From assembly GCA_030066985.1 (NCBI GenBank), contig JASJAN010000001.1:69976-133975 (forward strand): DNA of 64,000 bases, in the 5' to 3' direction. The DNA comes from Desulfobacterales bacterium. Lineage in GTDB: Bacteria > Desulfobacterota > Desulfobacteria > Desulfobacterales > JAHEIW01. The translations under genes were made by a program, and so were the position numbers. Under the pieces are notes generated by a model that worked only from the letters and a program-made list of their open reading frames with translations, was not told where the DNA came from and did not search any database. This document shows positions 46,668 through 56,970 of the stretch, piece after piece; the first letter of the stretch is position 1, and every line of letters starts with the position of its first letter.

Positions 46668-48245
46668 TTATGAAAGCCCGATGGTTTGTTTGATTTTATT
46701 GACCATCTGCCCGGCTACATCGGTAATTTCGTTAACCTTCAATCCATAGGCAACTACTGCCATTACGGCCATAAAAGCGGTTGTGGTCAGGGCTATGACC
46801 AACAAACTTCCAGTAAAAGTGGCAGTATCAATCCCTTTCAGAAGGTTTGCTTTAAACCAGACAAGCAGTGGTCCCAGAATGACGCTGAGACCAATCATCT
46901 TCCCATAAAAAACATAAACCGGTCGAGTTGCGGTATTTTGGCTTCTTTTATTCCATATCATATACAGCACAGCCACCTGTAAAATCTCCGAAATTGAAAT
47001 TGCGATGGCGATACCCTTGGCTCCGAAATATCGCAATCCTAAAATATAAAAAGGGATGCTGAGTAAAACCGCTATGCTGCCATAAATAGCCGGAAATAAA
47101 GTGTTTTGTGTCGCATAAAAGGCCCTGGGCACAATCGTATAGGCCGCAAGAGCAAACGCACCCACGAGCAAATAGATCAGAATATCCGCTGTCAGGGCAG
47201 TTGCGGCAGCATCAAATTGGCCGCGCTGGTAAATGATAGACACCACCTCATTTCGGACCACCATGAGCAATACCGAAACCGGTATGACCAGCGCTAAGTA
47301 ACGCAGGGTGTTATTCAGCAGATTGTTCATTTCCGCCAATTTGTTTTCAGCGACCAGTCGTGCCAAAAATGGATAAACGGCTGTTCCAATGGCCTGCCCG
47401 AATAAAGCAACCGGAATGAGCATGATCTTGAGGGCATAGTTGATGCCGGAAATTCCGCCCGGCGGGAGATAGGAACCAAAAATCCTGAAAAAAAATTCTC
47501 GAGAAAAGGTCATGGTCAGGCCAAGCATCAGCGGAAGTGTTAAAACGATATACTTTTTAAGGTCTGGATGTCTGAGCTCAAATGAAAATCGAAACGTCAT
47601 ACCAACCCTTCGAGCGCCGATGACCTGAACCATAAAATTGCAGGCCGCACCACCCAAAACCCCCCAGGAAAAACCAAGCATCCCCAACCGGCTACCCAAT
47701 AGAGCCCCGCCCAAAATGATACAGAGATTATAGATAATCGGGGACAGGGCGGGTATCGCAAAATTTTCTTTGGCATACTGGACAGCCATTAATAGCCCAC
47801 TGGCAAAAAAGAAGATCTGAGCTGGAAGGATGATGCGGGTCATACGAATCACCGCTATTTTGAGCGCAGGGTCATCAATCCCAGGTGCCAGCACCGAAAT
47901 GATTTCGGCGGTAAACACTTCAGCGATGAGAATGAAAAATATGAGCAGCGCCCCAAAATTGGACAGAATGATAGAAAATACACGCCACCCCCCGCTCTCA
48001 TTCTTTTCCGAGAGGTAGCGGGAAAAAATTGGAATGAATGTAATGGAAAGAAAACCGCTGGCAAGAATATGATTTAATATTTCAGGTATTAGAAAAGAGA
48101 GCTGATAGGCATCAACTTCGCTCCCTGCTCCCCGAAAATAAGCAATGACCATTTCCCTGACCAACCCGATTAGATTGCTCAGCAAAATCGATGTCATCAT
48201 TATCAGGGAAGCAATGCCAACTTTTTTGTAGACGGAACGCGACAT
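46668..48245 (-). CDS. murJ: Lipid II flippase MurJ (MviN)
   Basis: 525 aa and ~14 TM segments. The N-terminus SILLSNLIGLVREMVIAYFRGAGSEVDAY is typical of MurJ. Confidence 0.88.
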   Translation of the reverse strand: MSRSVYKKVGIASLIMMTSILLSNLIGLVREMVIAYFRGAGSEVDAYQLSFLIPEILNHILASGFLSITFIPIFSRYLSEKNESGGWRVFSIILSNFGALLIFFILIAEVFTAEIISVLAPGIDDPALKIAVIRMTRIILPAQIFFFASGLLMAVQYAKENFAIPALSPIIYNLCIILGGALLGSRLGMLGFSWGVLGGAACNFMVQVIGARRVGMTFRFSFELRHPDLKKYIVLTLPLMLGLTMTFSREFFFRIFGSYLPPGGISGINYALKIMLIPVALFGQAIGTAVYPFLARLVAENKLAEMNNLLNNTLRYLALVIPVSVLLMVVRNEVVSIIYQRGQFDAAATALTADILIYLLVGAFALAAYTIVPRAFYATQNTLFPAIYGSIAVLLSIPFYILGLRYFGAKGIAIAISISEILQVAVLYMIWNKRSQNTATRPVYVFYGKMIGLSVILGPLLVWFKANLLKGIDTATFTGSLLVIALTTTAFMAVMAVVAYGLKVNEITDVAGQMVNKIKQTIGLS

Positions 48246-48377
48246 GCGGGTTGCCTGTTAAAGTGAGATTAAAAAGCATATTCGGCCGCTAATGTTGCCA
48301 TTGCCTTATCAGAAAGCATCGCAGAAGGCAAAGCATCATCGATGACACTGGTGATCAGTAAATAATTGAAGATCCCC

Positions 48378-48667
48378 TATTCATTTTCATGCAAGATCCA
48401 GGTAAAGCTTGGATTTTGCACGCGTCGGAGGCTTTCATATGCAAGGCACTTAAGGGTGAAGCTATAGTGTACTATGCTTCACCCTAAATAACGCAGCAGA
48501 TGAAAGCCTGCGATCGCCCAAAGGGTGAAAATGAATAAGATTAAATGATATGTATCCTTATTTTTTGAAAAGCCCATTTGGTTTATGATGCCAGTTTTTG
48601 ACCCGCTTTCAGTAATATGGCCTTACAATCTCTTATTCATTTTCATGCAAGATCCAGGTAAAGCTTG
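48378..48667. repeat. Composite repeat locus (element K): a perfect 34-nt direct repeat flanking an 81-nt double-stem hairpin and an inverted partial copy
   Basis: tattcattttcatgcaagatccaggtaaagcttg at 48378-48411 and 48634-48667. The hairpin at 48429-48509 has stems aggctttcat/atgaaagcct and agggtgaagc/gcttcaccct. An inverted partial copy lies at 48523-48539. Confidence 0.8.
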
Positions 48668-48793
48668 CTTTTGCCAGAGGTTGAACCCATATTCTAGAGG
48701 GATCAAGAGTGAAACCCTTGAAGAAGGCTCAGGAGCGGCTCAAAGTGCCGTTTCTTGACAGGAATAGGCAAATCTTTTAAGATGATTGAAGTA

Positions 48794-50278
48794 ATGACCA
48801 AAAGAGAACATATTTCACAAAAGATAACGGCACTCTTTGTTTACGGACGACCACCGCTGGTGTTTGCCGGCTTAATTTGCGCCATTGCGGTTATGTGGAC
48901 CCAAAGTCCGATTATGTATACGATCGGTGTGCTGTTTTTGTTCATTGCCATGAGCTTTGACCTGGTTGATGGCTGGTTTGCGGCACGTTTTGAGCTTCAC
49001 CCACCCTTAGCGCAGCTGGCCGACCGCTTGATGGATAAACTGGTCTACTCGATTATCTTTCCGTTGTTGGCTGTTGGCGTCATGTGGCGCGTCCACTTCA
49101 GTTCACCGGATCCCACCCGGGGAGAGATGCTGCATGCCATCCTGGTGTTATTACTGGCGGTAACCGTTTTGGTTCGGGACAATTTCGCCCATTTTATGCG
49201 CGGTTTTGCCATCCGCAATGACCAGGAACTCGAATACAAAGAATTTACCCGCCTGCGGACGATTGTCGCTGCACCGGTGGGGGCCTTGCTTTATGCCTAT
49301 GCGTTTTATGTGCCCGAAGGACCACCTTCGAATATATATTTCTGGATATCGTGGCTGGGAAATCTGCCGTTGCGGGGTTTGTTGTTTATCGAAATCATTT
49401 TTTTGATTATCAACTTTGCCTCGATTGCCGGTTATGTTCGCAAATACGGCCGACTGTGTCTGGACGATTTGTGTCTAGGAGATGAGCAGATGCGCCGTCG
49501 CATTCTGGCCTTCCTTCCCAATACGTTGACCCTGATGAATGCCGGCATGGGGCTGCTGGCGGTATTTTTTGCATACCAGGGACGCATCCGAGAAGCATCG
49601 CTGTTTCTGATCGGCGCGGCGCTGTTTGACAAGCTCGACGGCGCCGTTGCCCGCAGACTGGGTCTGACAGAACCTTTAGATGACGAAAAACCAAAAGAGG
49701 GCATCAGCTTTGGGAGTTTGCTCGACGACATTTCAGATGCAGTCAGTTTTTGTATCGCTCCGGCCTGGATTTTTTATATCACCCTATCCGGCCATCCAGA
49801 TCCGGTCCTGCAAAAACTGCCCCTGGGCTGGATTGCATGGTCGTATGCATTGCTGGGCATTGGACGCCTGGTTTATTTTACGCTGGATAAATCACCGATT
49901 CCCGGGTTTTTCAAGGGTATGCCGACGCCGGCAGCCGCTTTGCTGGTGATGTCGGGTCTGATTATTTTTAGCCAGGTCGTCAATGACAGCTCCGAATGGG
50001 TTCGCTTCTGGGGTGTTTCTAGCGCTGGGTTGGTCATCGTGGCCGCCCTCCTAATGAATGCCTATCCAGTGCGATATCTGCATCTGGGTCGTTTCATGAG
50101 TCGGCATCCCTGGTTTGGGCGCGGATCACTGATGGTTATCTTCTCCGTATTCACACCCTATTATGGTCAGGCCAGCCTGATCTATATGCTGCTTTACACC
50201 CTTTCCCCCCTGGTCACCTGGCGTATCGATCCGGAAATCGCTGCCCGGGAGACCCGCACCAAACCGGCTATACCATAA
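48794..50278 (+). CDS. Tandem-fused double CDP-alcohol phosphatidyltransferase family membrane protein
   Basis: Two copies of the family motif: DLVDGWFAAR...DRLMD and DKLDGAVARR...GSLLDDISD. The start is uncertain (TTG 48755, ATG 48782 or ATG 48794). TTGACA-17-TAAGAT at 48755-48783 favours ATG 48794. Confidence 0.7.
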   Translation: MTKREHISQKITALFVYGRPPLVFAGLICAIAVMWTQSPIMYTIGVLFLFIAMSFDLVDGWFAARFELHPPLAQLADRLMDKLVYSIIFPLLAVGVMWRVHFSSPDPTRGEMLHAILVLLLAVTVLVRDNFAHFMRGFAIRNDQELEYKEFTRLRTIVAAPVGALLYAYAFYVPEGPPSNIYFWISWLGNLPLRGLLFIEIIFLIINFASIAGYVRKYGRLCLDDLCLGDEQMRRRILAFLPNTLTLMNAGMGLLAVFFAYQGRIREASLFLIGAALFDKLDGAVARRLGLTEPLDDEKPKEGISFGSLLDDISDAVSFCIAPAWIFYITLSGHPDPVLQKLPLGWIAWSYALLGIGRLVYFTLDKSPIPGFFKGMPTPAAALLVMSGLIIFSQVVNDSSEWVRFWGVSSAGLVIVAALLMNAYPVRYLHLGRFMSRHPWFGRGSLMVIFSVFTPYYGQASLIYMLLYTLSPLVTWRIDPEIAARETRTKPAIP

Positions 50279-50301
50279 ATGCTTTGCTAAAAATTGGCGA
50301 T

Positions 50302-50397
50302 CACGGTTTTGGGTTGAGCCGGTTGAAATCGGTATAATGTGTCTGATTTTATTTTTACGGGCCAACCGGCAACGGGCTCAACCGGCTTAACCGATTT
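50302..50397. repeat. Oligomer-arm inverted repeat (element L; unit CGGTTGA / TCAACCG)
   Basis: cacggttttgggttgagccggttgaaatcggt ... gccaaccggcaacgggctcaaccggcttaaccgattt. It lies between convergent genes. Confidence 0.65.
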
Positions 50398-50413
50398 AGG
50401 TTTGGATTTGTGC

Positions 50414-51889
50414 TTATGGCAGCACAGTATCTTCGGTTTCAAAGTCAAAGAAATAGCCATCCGGCTGCAATTGAATCGGCTCCGGCACGGCCCAGCTGCC
50501 CCCCAGGGCGCGGTGCAGATTAACGCGGTTGGTTAAAATATTCAAATCCACCTGGGCCAGATTGTCTTCAGCGGTAAACCGCGTCTGCTGGGCATCCAGC
50601 ACGTCCAAGTATTGAATCAACCCCTTGATATAGCGGTTTTGAGCCACCCGCTGAGTCGCCCGGGCCTCCTCCAGAAATACCACCTCGCGCTCCCGGCGCT
50701 CCAATTGCTTTTTACGGGTCAACAGCGCACCTTCCACCTCGGCAAAGGCATTTAAAACGGTGTTGGCATAATCTGAAACCGCTTGCTCATACTGGGCTTC
50801 GACACCGCGCTGGCGGGCTTTGAGGCGGTCGGCATTCATGATCGGTTGCACGACACCCCGGGTGAAATTCCAGATCACGCTGTCGCTTTTTAGCAGCCGG
50901 TCTTTACCATCTGAATTCCAGCCGTAACTGCCGGTAAGGGTAATTTGCGGAAAGCGATCCGCCTTGGCAGCGCCGATCTGCTCGTTTAAGGCCCGTAGCC
51001 GCAGTTCGGCAGCACGAATATCGGGCCGTTTGAGCAGCAGGCTGGACGCCAGACCGGTCGGCACCGGCGCCGGCTGACGATAGTAGTCCTGGGGCTGGGT
51101 TCGTGCCGGTGAAGTTTCGGGATAACGACCCAGTAAGATCGCCAGCTGCTGTTGGGTGATCCCCAGTTGTTGCTGCAATTCGGGGACACGAACCTGGGCA
51201 CCGGCCAGGACGCGCCGCGCCTGGCGAACGTCCAGAGCAGAGACCAGGCCACGACGATAACGGATTTCGACAAACTGTAAACTGCGCTGGAAAGCAGTGA
51301 TGCTATCGGCGGCAATCTGCAGACGCCGCTCAAAGGCTTCAATTTGCAGATACAGGTTGATGGTTTCCGCCACAAGGGTCTGGGCAACCGTTCGTCGATT
51401 GGCCTCATCAGCCAGGATATCATTCCAGGTTGCCCTGGAGGCCTTGGCCAGGCGGCTCCACAGGTCGATTTCAAACAGAGCCAAAAAGGTTAGCTGGTGG
51501 GTGGTAATCGTGCGACCGCGCCCGACATTAACCCCCCCGAAACGACGTTTATCCCATTCATAATCAACATTGACCTGGGGCCAGCGGTCGGCACTTACCT
51601 GAACAAACTGCGCCCGGGCTTCCAGTATGCGGGCCGCGGCCTGCTTCAAGTCCCAGTTATACACCAGGACCTCCTCAACCAGCCGGTTGAGTTCGGGATC
51701 ATTGAAATCCTGCCACCATCGATCGGCAATCACCGCATCGACGTCGGATTTTAACGTATCGTTCTGAAAAAATTCCGGCATATCAATGTTGACATCGGGG
51801 CGCTGATAATGCGGACCCAAATTAATGCACCCGATCAACGTGTTGAGCAATACGCCCAGTATGCCGATCAGAATCAAACGGGGTGTCAT
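50414..51889 (-). CDS. RND-efflux outer membrane factor lipoprotein (NodT family)
   Basis: Lipobox TLIGC followed by LGPHYQRPD, and two OEP repeats. No adjacent RND or MFP genes are present in the window. Confidence 0.85.
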   Translation of the reverse strand: MTPRLILIGILGVLLNTLIGCINLGPHYQRPDVNIDMPEFFQNDTLKSDVDAVIADRWWQDFNDPELNRLVEEVLVYNWDLKQAAARILEARAQFVQVSADRWPQVNVDYEWDKRRFGGVNVGRGRTITTHQLTFLALFEIDLWSRLAKASRATWNDILADEANRRTVAQTLVAETINLYLQIEAFERRLQIAADSITAFQRSLQFVEIRYRRGLVSALDVRQARRVLAGAQVRVPELQQQLGITQQQLAILLGRYPETSPARTQPQDYYRQPAPVPTGLASSLLLKRPDIRAAELRLRALNEQIGAAKADRFPQITLTGSYGWNSDGKDRLLKSDSVIWNFTRGVVQPIMNADRLKARQRGVEAQYEQAVSDYANTVLNAFAEVEGALLTRKKQLERREREVVFLEEARATQRVAQNRYIKGLIQYLDVLDAQQTRFTAEDNLAQVDLNILTNRVNLHRALGGSWAVPEPIQLQPDGYFFDFETEDTVLP

Positions 51890-52508
51890 GATGGTATCTC
51901 CTTTAGTCTGTTATCCAATCCATTGATTTTATTTAATTATCAAACTAAGAGGTTGTATAAAACCTCAGATTTAATGTCAAGCCCGGCTTGGGCTAAGCCA
52001 ATTCGCAAAAGGGTTCGGCCAAAGGTAAATTCTTATATATCCTATTGAATTCATTTTATTTAATAAATGGAAACACCCTTCCCAGAAGCCATCATCACGA
52101 GCACCCATGAGGGTTGGGTTTTTTGATTGAACCAATGCATCAAACTCAATAATTGCAGAACATAAGCCTTGCAAGACGATTCAAATTAAAGTAATAGACA
52201 TTCACATTAGGTGTACCGCATTTAGAGGCATTCGCTAAGCCTTAAAAACACAGGTAGCCATTGAGAAATGCCTTCCGGAAATCCCGGCCTTCTGATCTGG
52301 GCGATGACGCCATGAGACCGGGCATTGTCTTTTTGCCAACCTTCGGGTGACCGGATATTTGGAGGATGATTACCATCATCAGGTTTCAGGCCTGCTATGG
52401 CATGAACCGAATATTGGGCCACAACAATCCTTCCCATGGACAGCTGTTAGGATACCGGCTCATCAACAAGTTGAACCATTAAATCGGCTGAAAGTTGAAG
52501 CAGAATCG

Positions 52509-55500
52509 ATGACTGAAGCAATAACATCTTTGGGAATCTGTTTGGGGGCATCAACTGTATCGATTGTCCAGTTAAAGCAGGTCACAGGGCCATCGACAGG
52601 TGGCGATGCGCAACAGCGACCCAGACCGTTGCTCATTGAATCCGCCCTGTATCCCCACGAAGGCGATCCCAAGCGTACATTGTTAAAAGCTTTTGAAAAC
52701 CTGAATGTTAGCTCATTTGACCGCATCGCGGCCACCGGTCGCAAATTCCGCAAATTTGTAAATCTGACCTCCATATCCGAACCTGAAGCCGTCGAATATG
52801 CGTATCAATTTGTTAAACCGGCAGGTATTGATTGTCCGGCAATCATTTCCGCCGGTGGTGAGACGTTTATGGTCTATGTTCTGGATCAGACCGGCAGCAT
52901 ATCAAACGTGATCACCGGCAACAAATGTGCATCGGGCACCGGTGAATTCTTTCTGCAGCAACTGCGGCGCATGAATGTGTCTTTGGATGAAGCTGCCCAG
53001 TGGGCGTCGATAGCGTCGCCCCACCACGTTTCGGGTCGCTGTTCGGTGTTCTGTAAATCGGATTGCACTCACGCCACCAATAAGGGGGTTCCAAAATCCC
53101 AGGTCACCGCCGGATTGTGCAAAATGATGGCCAATAAAATTTTGGAACTTTTAAAAAAGGTCGAGCGGCGCAACTTATTGCTGGTCGGCGGCACCGCCCG
53201 CAACAACATGATGGTCGATTATCTCAACCAGGATATCCCCGGGCTAATCGTACCGGGTGAAGCTCCTTATTTTGAAGCGCTGGGGGCCGCACTCTGGGCA
53301 CTTGAACATGAAACCGCCGCTGTTCAAGGTGCAAAGAATTTATTTCATTCTGAAATCACGTCATTTGATACCTTACCACCGTTAAACGATTACACCGCTG
53401 AGGTTGAATTTAAAACCATCGAAAAAGGGCAGGCTCGCCCCGGTGATACCTGTATTTTTGGGCTGGATGTCGGCTCCACCACCACCAAGGCCGTTCTTTT
53501 GCGCAAATCAGATGATGCCATATTGGCCTCGGTTTATTTGCGCACCAACGGCGATCCGGTGGGTGCGTCCCGGCGCTGCTACGAATCTATTTTGGCACAA
53601 ATCAAGACGCAGGTGGACGCTGCGCAGCTGTCGATAATCGGTCTGGGTATATGCGGCTCAGGCCGGCAGATCGCCGGATTACATGCGCTTAGCGATGGGG
53701 TCATCAATGAGATTATCGCGCATGCCACTGCGGCGGTATACTTTGACGCGCAGGTGGACACCATTTTTGAAATCGGCGGTCAAGATGCCAAATACACCTA
53801 TATCACCAATGGGGTGCCGTCCGATTATGCCATGAACGAGGCTTGCTCGGCCGGAACCGGTTCTTTTTTGGAGGAATCGGCCTATGAAACCCTTGGGGTT
53901 GCGATGGAAAAAATCGCCGATGCGGCCTTACAAGGAAAGCACCCGCCGAATTTTAACGATCAGTGCGCCGCCTTTATTGCCTCTGATATTAAAAACGCCA
54001 TCCATGAGGGCGTGCGACACGAAGACATTGTTGCCGGTCTGGTTTATTCCATCTGCATGAATTATTCAAATCGCGTCAAAGGCAACCGACCGGTAGGTGA
54101 AAAAGTATTTATGCAGGGTGGGGTCTGTTACAACAAAGCGGTGCCACTGGCGATGGCGTCCTTGATCGGCAAGCCCATCGTCGTTCCGCCGGAGCCCGGG
54201 CTTATGGGCGCATTTGGTGTGGCCCTGGCTGTCAAAAATCGAATCGATACCGGACTGATGCCCACAGACCAATTCAATCTGGAAACGCTGGCAAACCGAA
54301 GCGTTACCTACGGGAAATCATTTGTTTGTAAAGGCGGAAAGGAAAAATGCGACCGCCGGTGCGACATTGCCATGATTCAGGTTGAAGGCAAAAAGTATCC
54401 GTTTGGTGGCGCCTGCAACCGCTACTACAACCTGCGTCACAATGTAAAATATGACGTCGGAAAATTGGACCTGGTACGCGTCCGCCAGCAGCTCATATTT
54501 GAGAAATACGGTGCAGCCAAACCAGCGGATGTGGGCCGCAAACAGCGGGGGACCATTGGCTTCAACCGCAGCTTTTTGATCAACACTTACTATCCGCTGT
54601 ATTCCAATTTTTTCGCCCAACTGGGATATGCGGTTGTGCTGCCGTCGCAAGCCTCACAGGAGGGTATTGACCAGCGTAACGCGCCATTTTGCTATCCGGT
54701 GGAACTGGCCCACGGGTTTTTCTATTCGCTGATCGAAAACCAATCGCCACCCGATTTTATTTTTTTACCCCATTTTAAGGCGGTACCCAACGATGCGAAC
54801 GCCGGGGAAGATTCGCACTCCCAGGTGTGCCCGCTGGTTCAGGGGGAAACCTTTTACCTGCAAACCACCTTCCGCAAGAGACTGGGACAGCTTGCCGAAA
54901 AGGGAACCAAGCTTTTGAGTCCTTTGGTCGATCTTTCACTGGGCATCGCCGAAGCCAAAAAGCCGTTGGTTGCCTCTGCCATGCAAATGGGCATCAAACG
55001 CAAGGAAGCTGAAGCTGCGTTTGAAATCGCCATGCGCAGACAATTGGATTGTATGGCGGAAATGCAGACCATCGGGCAAAACGCCATGGCCGAACTGGAG
55101 GCGGATCCGGAAAAATTCGCCGTGGTGATTTTTTCGCGCCCCTATAATGGCTACGCCGATGAGGCCCATATGGGCATCCCGTATAAATTTGCCTCCAGGG
55201 GTATTCTGGTGATACCGCTTGATTTCCTAAAAATCAGCAAAGAACGATCCAAGCGACATATGTACTGGGGCATGGGCAAACTGATGATGAAAGCCGGTCG
55301 GCTGGTCAAACGCCACCCCCAGCTGTTTGGTACTTACATCACCAATTTTTCCTGCGGGCCGGATTCATTTGTCGTCGGGTATTTCCGCGAAATTATGGGC
55401 CGTAAGCCCTCCCTGACCCTTGAGTTGGACAGCCACACAGCAGATGCGGGGCTGGAAACCCGGGTTGAAGCGTTTTTGGATATTGTTCAGGCCTACCGAC

Positions 55501-56906
55501 AGTTGGTCACCCAGAAAAAAATCAATCAACGACCGCAAATTTTTCGTCCAGCCCAAATCACAAGTCAAAATGGAGCGGCCAATATAGTGACATCTTCCGG
55601 TGAAACTTTACCGATGACCGATCCGCGGGTCACCGTTTTACTGGCATCAATGGGCAAGCTGTCTTCTGAGGCATTTGCCGCCGTTTTGAGAGGTTCTGGC
55701 TTTCAGGCCGAGGCGCATCGCCCCTCTGACGAAGCCGTTTTGAAACTGGGTCGCGCCAATACCTCCTGCAAGGAATGTCTGCCCCTGATTCTGACCACCG
55801 GCACGCTGTTGAGCTATATCAATAACGGCAAACGCGATGATGAGGTTGTGGTTTATTTTTTTGCCACCGGCACCGGGCCATGTCGATTCGGGCAATACTA
55901 TATTTTTATGGAAGATCTCATCAAACGGCTTGAAATACCGGATGTGGCATTGTTTACCCTGAGTTCTGAAGATGGGTATATGGGGATGGACAAGGATTTC
56001 GAAACACGGGGATGGTGGTCGGTGGTTGTTTCCGATGTCATGGAAGACATTCGCTCGATGATTCTGGCCAATGCGGTTGAAACCAAAAAAGCCATGGAAC
56101 TCTTTGAAAACGAATGGCAGGCGCTCCTAACTGCACTGGAAGATGGAGACTTTTCGGTTCTCGAACACCAATTAAAGCACACTGCCAGGCATCTGCAGCA
56201 GTTATCTATGAAAAAACCGTTTGAAAGCGTCCCTAAAATCACGCTCTCCGGTGAAATATTTGTGCGGCGGGATGCGCTTTCGCGTCAATACATCACAGAG
56301 CGTCTGGCTGAAAAAGGTTTTGCCACCGTCTGTTCACCGGTTGCCGAGTGGCTGTTATATTGCAATTACATGGTCGATCAGGGGCTGAGTCCTGACAATA
56401 TGAACATATTGGAAAAATTAAGATTTAAAATTCGCAACAAATTTCAGGCCCGCTATGAAAGGCGAATCAAATCGATATTGAACCAATCCGGCCTGGTGCA
56501 CGCCGAGCCTATCGATATCGATACCTTCATCAAAAATGCCTCGGCTTATATATCCAAAAACCTTCCGGGTGAAGCGGTACTGACGGTAGGTGGTTCCCTA
56601 ACCGAAATTGTTACACAATCCTGCGGTGTCATTGCCATTGGCCCGTTTGGCTGCATGCCCAACCGGTTGTCGGAAGCCATATTAAACGAAACCATGACCC
56701 GTGAAGAAAAACTGGCAACAGAACCGGCCAACCAGCAGCTGAAAGCCGTTCTGACCGATGTCGAACAGCTTCCGTTTCTGGCAATCGAAAGCGATGGTTC
56801 CCCTTTTCCACAACTCATCGACGCCAAACTGGAGACGTTTTGTTTACGGGCCGAACGACTGCACAACCGCATTCAGCATTACCCGTACAAGCCCGGTCAG
56901 CATTAA
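52509..56906 (+). CDS. Giant BcrAD/BadFG-type ATPase (acyl-CoA dehydratase activase-like) fused to DUF2229-type dehydratase-like domains
   Basis: Two acetate/sugar-kinase-fold ATPase modules (LGICLGASTVSIV..., IFGLDVGSTTTKAVL...) each followed by large Cys-containing domains. Start is ATG 52509; the ORF-track GTG 52347 adds 54 implausible residues. Confidence 0.75.
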   Translation: MTEAITSLGICLGASTVSIVQLKQVTGPSTGGDAQQRPRPLLIESALYPHEGDPKRTLLKAFENLNVSSFDRIAATGRKFRKFVNLTSISEPEAVEYAYQFVKPAGIDCPAIISAGGETFMVYVLDQTGSISNVITGNKCASGTGEFFLQQLRRMNVSLDEAAQWASIASPHHVSGRCSVFCKSDCTHATNKGVPKSQVTAGLCKMMANKILELLKKVERRNLLLVGGTARNNMMVDYLNQDIPGLIVPGEAPYFEALGAALWALEHETAAVQGAKNLFHSEITSFDTLPPLNDYTAEVEFKTIEKGQARPGDTCIFGLDVGSTTTKAVLLRKSDDAILASVYLRTNGDPVGASRRCYESILAQIKTQVDAAQLSIIGLGICGSGRQIAGLHALSDGVINEIIAHATAAVYFDAQVDTIFEIGGQDAKYTYITNGVPSDYAMNEACSAGTGSFLEESAYETLGVAMEKIADAALQGKHPPNFNDQCAAFIASDIKNAIHEGVRHEDIVAGLVYSICMNYSNRVKGNRPVGEKVFMQGGVCYNKAVPLAMASLIGKPIVVPPEPGLMGAFGVALAVKNRIDTGLMPTDQFNLETLANRSVTYGKSFVCKGGKEKCDRRCDIAMIQVEGKKYPFGGACNRYYNLRHNVKYDVGKLDLVRVRQQLIFEKYGAAKPADVGRKQRGTIGFNRSFLINTYYPLYSNFFAQLGYAVVLPSQASQEGIDQRNAPFCYPVELAHGFFYSLIENQSPPDFIFLPHFKAVPNDANAGEDSHSQVCPLVQGETFYLQTTFRKRLGQLAEKGTKLLSPLVDLSLGIAEAKKPLVASAMQMGIKRKEAEAAFEIAMRRQLDCMAEMQTIGQNAMAELEADPEKFAVVIFSRPYNGYADEAHMGIPYKFASRGILVIPLDFLKISKERSKRHMYWGMGKLMMKAGRLVKRHPQLFGTYITNFSCGPDSFVVGYFREIMGRKPSLTLELDSHTADAGLETRVEAFLDIVQAYRQLVTQKKINQRPQIFRPAQITSQNGAANIVTSSGETLPMTDPRVTVLLASMGKLSSEAFAAVLRGSGFQAEAHRPSDEAVLKLGRANTSCKECLPLILTTGTLLSYINNGKRDDEVVVYFFATGTGPCRFGQYYIFMEDLIKRLEIPDVALFTLSSEDGYMGMDKDFETRGWWSVVVSDVMEDIRSMILANAVETKKAMELFENEWQALLTALEDGDFSVLEHQLKHTARHLQQLSMKKPFESVPKITLSGEIFVRRDALSRQYITERLAEKGFATVCSPVAEWLLYCNYMVDQGLSPDNMNILEKLRFKIRNKFQARYERRIKSILNQSGLVHAEPIDIDTFIKNASAYISKNLPGEAVLTVGGSLTEIVTQSCGVIAIGPFGCMPNRLSEAILNETMTREEKLATEPANQQLKAVLTDVEQLPFLAIESDGSPFPQLIDAKLETFCLRAERLHNRIQHYPYKPGQH

Positions 56907-56970
56907 GCCAAATGGCAATACCGGGCTGCAACCATACGAATCGCAATTGCCAAATCAAGGATGAGAACCC

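Noticed and set aside
3161-56964. Dozens of 60-150-aa ORFs nested inside or antisense to the large genes (for example 5796..6200, 14177..14839, 17303..17731, 19007..19459, 37191..37652, 44698..45102 and 50986..51474)
   Set aside because: They lie entirely within longer ORFs that carry clear family motifs. They show the Arg/Gly/Pro/His-rich bias typical of antisense frames in GC-moderate genomes, and they lack ribosome-binding sites.
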